Shown here in pieces: positions 59,380 to 64,000 of a stretch of DNA of 64,000 nt (its first letter is position 1; each line of letters starts with the position of its first letter). The translations under genes and the position numbers were made by a program. Below the pieces are notes generated by a model. The model was not told the DNA's origin and ran no database searches. It was given only the letters and a program-made list of their open reading frames with translations. The stretch is taken from positions 4,402,001-4,466,000 of the forward strand of contig OZ024753.1 in assembly GCA_964016885.1 (NCBI GenBank). The letters run 5' to 3'. Source of the DNA: Eledone cirrhosa. Taxonomy: Eukaryota.

Positions 59380-59679
59380 GTTATGTTTAGGGAGAGGGAT
59401 AGGAAGGATGAAAGGCAGATATGGAGTCACCAGAATGTGAAACTAGTATATATAGGGAGTAGCGAATTAACCCAAAGCGTTTTATTCAACGCACTAAAGA
59501 TTTTGCCAATGTACTATACCTTCTCAATGATTACGGCAAACACACAGACACACACACATATACACACACACATATATATATATATACATACACACACACA
59601 CAAATATATATATACATACACACACAAACACACAAGCGCGCGCACACACACACACACACAAAAAAAATATAGATATATT

Positions 59680-60231
59680 ATGGCTGCCCCCTCGTTAACG
59701 AGTAATGCCATTGCATGATATACCATTATTAATAATTATTAATTAATTCTATCGTGCAATGTCTGTGCATGAAGATATTTTTTAAAGTGAGGAAAGACTG
59801 TGCACTGAGTCAATCACACTCTCTGAGCGACAGTAGCTATAACCCGAAGAGAAGAAAAGATCAACATCATCGGTAACTACTGAGCCGCAGGTTTTATATC
59901 GGAGTCATGCCAGTTTCCTGAGTTGCCTTCTCCTAGAAAAAAGTCACATATGGAACACGGAGAAAACAAAGGCTAGGGGTCCTTCACTCCCAGTGGTTTA
60001 ACCGTGCGGTACATGTGAATATACATATTTACACACTTTTGGATGGCAGTTGGCTCTTATGAGTTTCTTCTGCCCTTTGTCAGGTTTTGAATTGTGTCCT
60101 GCAGGCTGTCCAAAATCACCCTCCTCACCAAGTAAACTTGGTGGGGTTGCCGGTTTAGTCACCGATGACCCAACCATGCGACAGATTGTACTGGTTTACA
60201 TGTTACCAGTAGCACTCAAGAGTGACCCGAC
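59680..60231 (-). mobile_element. diverged sister family of the RTE-derived non-autonomous retroelement, copy G
   Basis: Clearly homologous 5' ~230 nt (GTCGGGTCAC...GGTGAGGAGGGTGA...CTAGGAGAAGG) and 3' hairpin CTCG-TTAA-CGAG, but no zinc-finger-coding segment; microsatellite flanks. Confidence 0.75.
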
Positions 60232-60367
60232 ATATATATATATACATACATATATATATATATGGTATATATATAGTATATATATACATTCAGGTATATA
60301 TATATATATATATATACATACATATATATATATATGGTATATATATATATGGTATATATATACATTC

Positions 60368-60404
<37 letters not shown>

Positions 60405-60445
60405 CATATATATGGTATATATATATGTGGTATATATATACATAC

Positions 60446-60508
<63 letters not shown>

Positions 60509-60530
60509 TATATTGATAGGTATATATATA
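60232..60530. repeat. (TA)n array punctuated by GG/CAGG
   Basis: Directly visible. Confidence 0.9.
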
Positions 60531-61941
60531 TTTCATAATTTCGTCATATATTCTTACTTCAAATCAGATACTTGCGTATGAAATCTATTTCTTTAGACAT
60601 ATATATGTGTTTCTTGTAAACAAAAACATTACTTAGTGTATCTAGTGTATATAAGCGTCAATCGATATACCTATTAAATTGTAAAATGTAATGTTTTTAC
60701 ACTTCATATCCTCTTTATCAGGAAATGAATTTACATACACATGTGTAACATATGTGCTTGTATTCTTATATATCCATATATATCCCCGTATATAATTATA
60801 AGTATCCATATATATAATTATGTATACAAGTATGTTTCTTGAGAATATCTGTTTTTATACAAAATAGTAAATTTTTCTACATGTCTCTCGTTCAATCAAC
60901 ATTGAACATTATTGTAGACATCATATTTCATCATTTTAACAATGAAAAATACACATACATACACACTGCCTTACAGCCCCGCCAATCACATACCCGCACA
61001 GATACATGTAAATACGCATCCATACCCGCAGCCACGCACACACGAATAAATAAATAGATTTATATGATACATGTGTATGTACGAATTTTTATGTATATGT
61101 TTGAATTTTGGTGTATATATATGGAAAAGTTGAAGAATGAAAATTGATGCTTATAGAAGTCATTTTTTTCTCGACTTGAAGAAAATGTTTCTTGAAATTT
61201 TCTTATCAGTGAAGCATAAATTCTAATGACACGGATGACAGCATAAACAAGCATAGCACTGCGATTTATTGAAACATCTCCAAAGAAAACTTCACAAACA
61301 TAAAGCTTAATTTCCCAATTTTTTTTCTTTTTAATAACATTTGAATACTATTTTATATAATGTATCTAAATACAGACAGAGAAATGTATATGCAAAAAAT
61401 AATGAGTCAGTGAGAAATCTCTGAAGTATATAAGATATTATTGAACAATACAGCGAATAAGATTGTATGCTTATATCATTATGAAATTGATGTATCTACT
61501 TACCTACCTGGCGTCGGAATACATATATTAAAGAAATTGCTATTTTTATGGTCGGCTTATGTATACGTGATATATATATATATGTATTGTAATCCACCTG
61601 GTTGTGGTAGGGCGAATATTGTTGTTAGAACTCAATGCGTCCTTCGACGGATGCATGCAGTGAGTATGACCGTTAGCTTTTGTGGTAGGTAATCATCGCT
61701 TATGGTATCTTCGAAGAAATTACGTACAACTTACAGATTCATTTATATATATATATATGTATGTTTGATAGGTATATATATATTTTTGCAAGGACATTGT
61801 TTTAGGAACGTTTCAGAGGGTCGATTGATCGGTGGTGATCGATGTATCGACTAGCATGGAAGTAGTTAAATTATTACGTATTTCTAGTCTCGAAATCCCT
61901 GTTCGATCTTCTTCAGAAACACAAAATGGTGATTATATTTG

Positions 61942-61980
<39 letters not shown>

Positions 61981-61982
<2 letters not shown>

Positions 61983-62146
61983 AACGAGTAGGACCCCGAC
62001 GGCTGAACTCAAGCCGTTTCGACGGCTAATTCTGGACTAAATTTAGTGGTAAGGAACCAGGTGGGCCATAACGCACCAAAGTACTCAATACTTAGGGTAG
62101 TAGAGTGGGTAATAGGAACAAGTAAGACCCCGGTGTCTTACTTGTT

Positions 62147-62148
<2 letters not shown>
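61981..62148. mobile_element. 168-bp insert within (TA)n with inverted ends; probable Penelope-derived remnant or MITE
   Basis: Starts GGAACGAGTAGGAC and ends GTCTTACTTGTTCC, with an internal direct copy GGAACAAGTAAGACCCCG at 62115. The minus strand has a hammerhead half, GAAAC-GGCT..AGCC-GTC. Confidence 0.55.
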
Positions 62149-62217
<69 letters not shown>

Positions 62218-62526
62218 AAGGGATCGGACGTAAGTTGCCTCCGAAACCAGTATTTTTATCATTATTTTCGTCTCTGTTTAGACCACCTGTGTTCACCACG
62301 TTTCCTTTATAACTGTTGTGCAGTGTACCTGATGGTGTCACTGTAATCTTACCGGTTATTGATATATATATAAGTGCCTGCAGAATAACGACTTTAAAGG
62401 GATTTCAACATCTGTTCGTAGAATATCTTGCTTAAAACTAATAATACGTGTCTTCATTGTAGTGTTGTCTACGTTGCTATTTCTGTTTGCCTTTTGCCTA
62501 TATAAATATAAATGTATATATATACA

Positions 62527-62574
<48 letters not shown>

Positions 62575-63208
62575 TATATATATATATACAGTATATATAT
62601 ATATATATATCGTAGAAGTATATTTGTGTTTGTGTATATATATGCATGTGTGACTGTATGTATGTGCGTAGATATACACTCAAACGTATTATTTGTATGT
62701 ATTTGGTGTGATTTCGATATATCACAAATTTGTTGAAATAATTCTTCTAGTAATCCGCATATATGTTTTTTTTCTTGTTGTGAATGAACCAAGATATCTC
62801 CAATAATATACTAACATCACACTGCTTACAATAGTTTTTTTTTCAAAACATACAGTTCAATATGCAAACCAAAAGTGTCTATATAGGATTATTTCATTTA
62901 AAGAATTGAAACGCTTCCTCTATAGAAATGTTTTGTTTTTTTTTGTAGAAAACGTGTATTTCAATTTTTCATTAAGATATGCTTATCTCTGAAACCTATA
63001 TATCTCGCCAAGTTGTTTCCAGTGGAGTATAAAAAACGTAATGCTATGTATAATATATAAATTGCAAGGTAATATTGATAAAAGCTACGTACGTTTTTTT
63101 ACTAATCAAAAAATATATAGTCTTTGCTTATACAATGAAACATGCTTTACAAGTATGTCAGTTATATGTTAGTCTAATACAATTCAAAGAAACTCATGCA
63201 CGTAAATA

Positions 63209-63258
<50 letters not shown>

Positions 63259-64000
63259 TCGTTTCATTGAGGCACACATGTCATTCTGGAGTTTCGACTA
63301 TTAACACATGGACATCCATGTGATAAACAGGTGAAACTCTAGATGCATATTAATCCTAAAGTCTAGATTAACAAATCTCAGTATTCAACCTGGCTGAAAT
63401 GAATATAAAAAAAAACTACATCGGTATTGAGTGCACTTTTCTCGCAGTCGTCTACCACATACGTATATATATATATCAAAATAACAGATTAAATTTTAAG
63501 CAAAGAATCGCTGCTTTCACCCTTAAATATTTGCTCTAGGGTTCTTATATATTTGATATATATTTATCCTTATCGAGCCCTCTTTGGATTTTAGTCTTCA
63601 CATTTCTTATTATTACTATATATATATTACAATGCGTAGTATTTATAATTTCTTTAATTGTGTTCTAGTCAGGATACATATTTATTCTATAATGCAATCC
63701 ATGACACAATCCATTGTCTTCAGATGCCACAAGGCAACCAATATATAACTTATATCGATCCTTATTTCTTTTTTTCCCTCTTTCATTTTTATTTCTCTTC
63801 TTCCTACTCAGTTCTTTTGAAGTAGTGTGTTTTGTTTTACTAGATAGTGATCACTAATTGTTATATAATGTCAATGGCCTTTCATAAAATTGTGAGATTC
63901 TGTAATATATATTACATTAAAATGCTAAAACAAAATTACAAACTGTTTTTAGGTAGTGAGAAATTAGAATACCAATAAAACGACAACAATTTAGGCAATG

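Overview
AT-rich, repeat-dominated animal genomic DNA. The repeat repertoire and (TA)/(TACA) microsatellite load suggest a coleoid cephalopod such as Octopus (inference, not verified). Only one convincing protein-coding gene is present: an intronless testis-specific Ser/Thr kinase (TSSK-like, 47187-48098 +), with a perfect CRE (TGACGTCA) plus several half-CREs upstream and an AATAAA downstream. The rest is mobile-element debris and simple repeats. (i) About 9 whole or partial copies of a ~600-bp non-autonomous RTE-LINE derivative (5' UTR fused to the C2H2-finger-coding 3' end); intact ends sit in microsatellites, and the 5' end folds into a covariation-supported, partly HDV-ribozyme-like RNA. 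(ii) About 10 copies of a ~190-bp tRNA-derived SINE. (iii) Penelope-like elements: two GIY-YIG remnants and many hammerhead-ribozyme motifs, often in inverted repeats. (iv) R4/Dong-type LINE 3' fragments, a non-autonomous Helitron, a Tc1/mariner MITE and a perfect 68-bp inverted repeat. (v) Very long microsatellite-derived arrays, including ~3.7 kb of (TA)nCG and ~1.95 kb containing only A and T. The long Ile/Tyr-repeat ORFs in the ORF track are microsatellite artefacts. All structures and alignments were read by eye; no searches were run.
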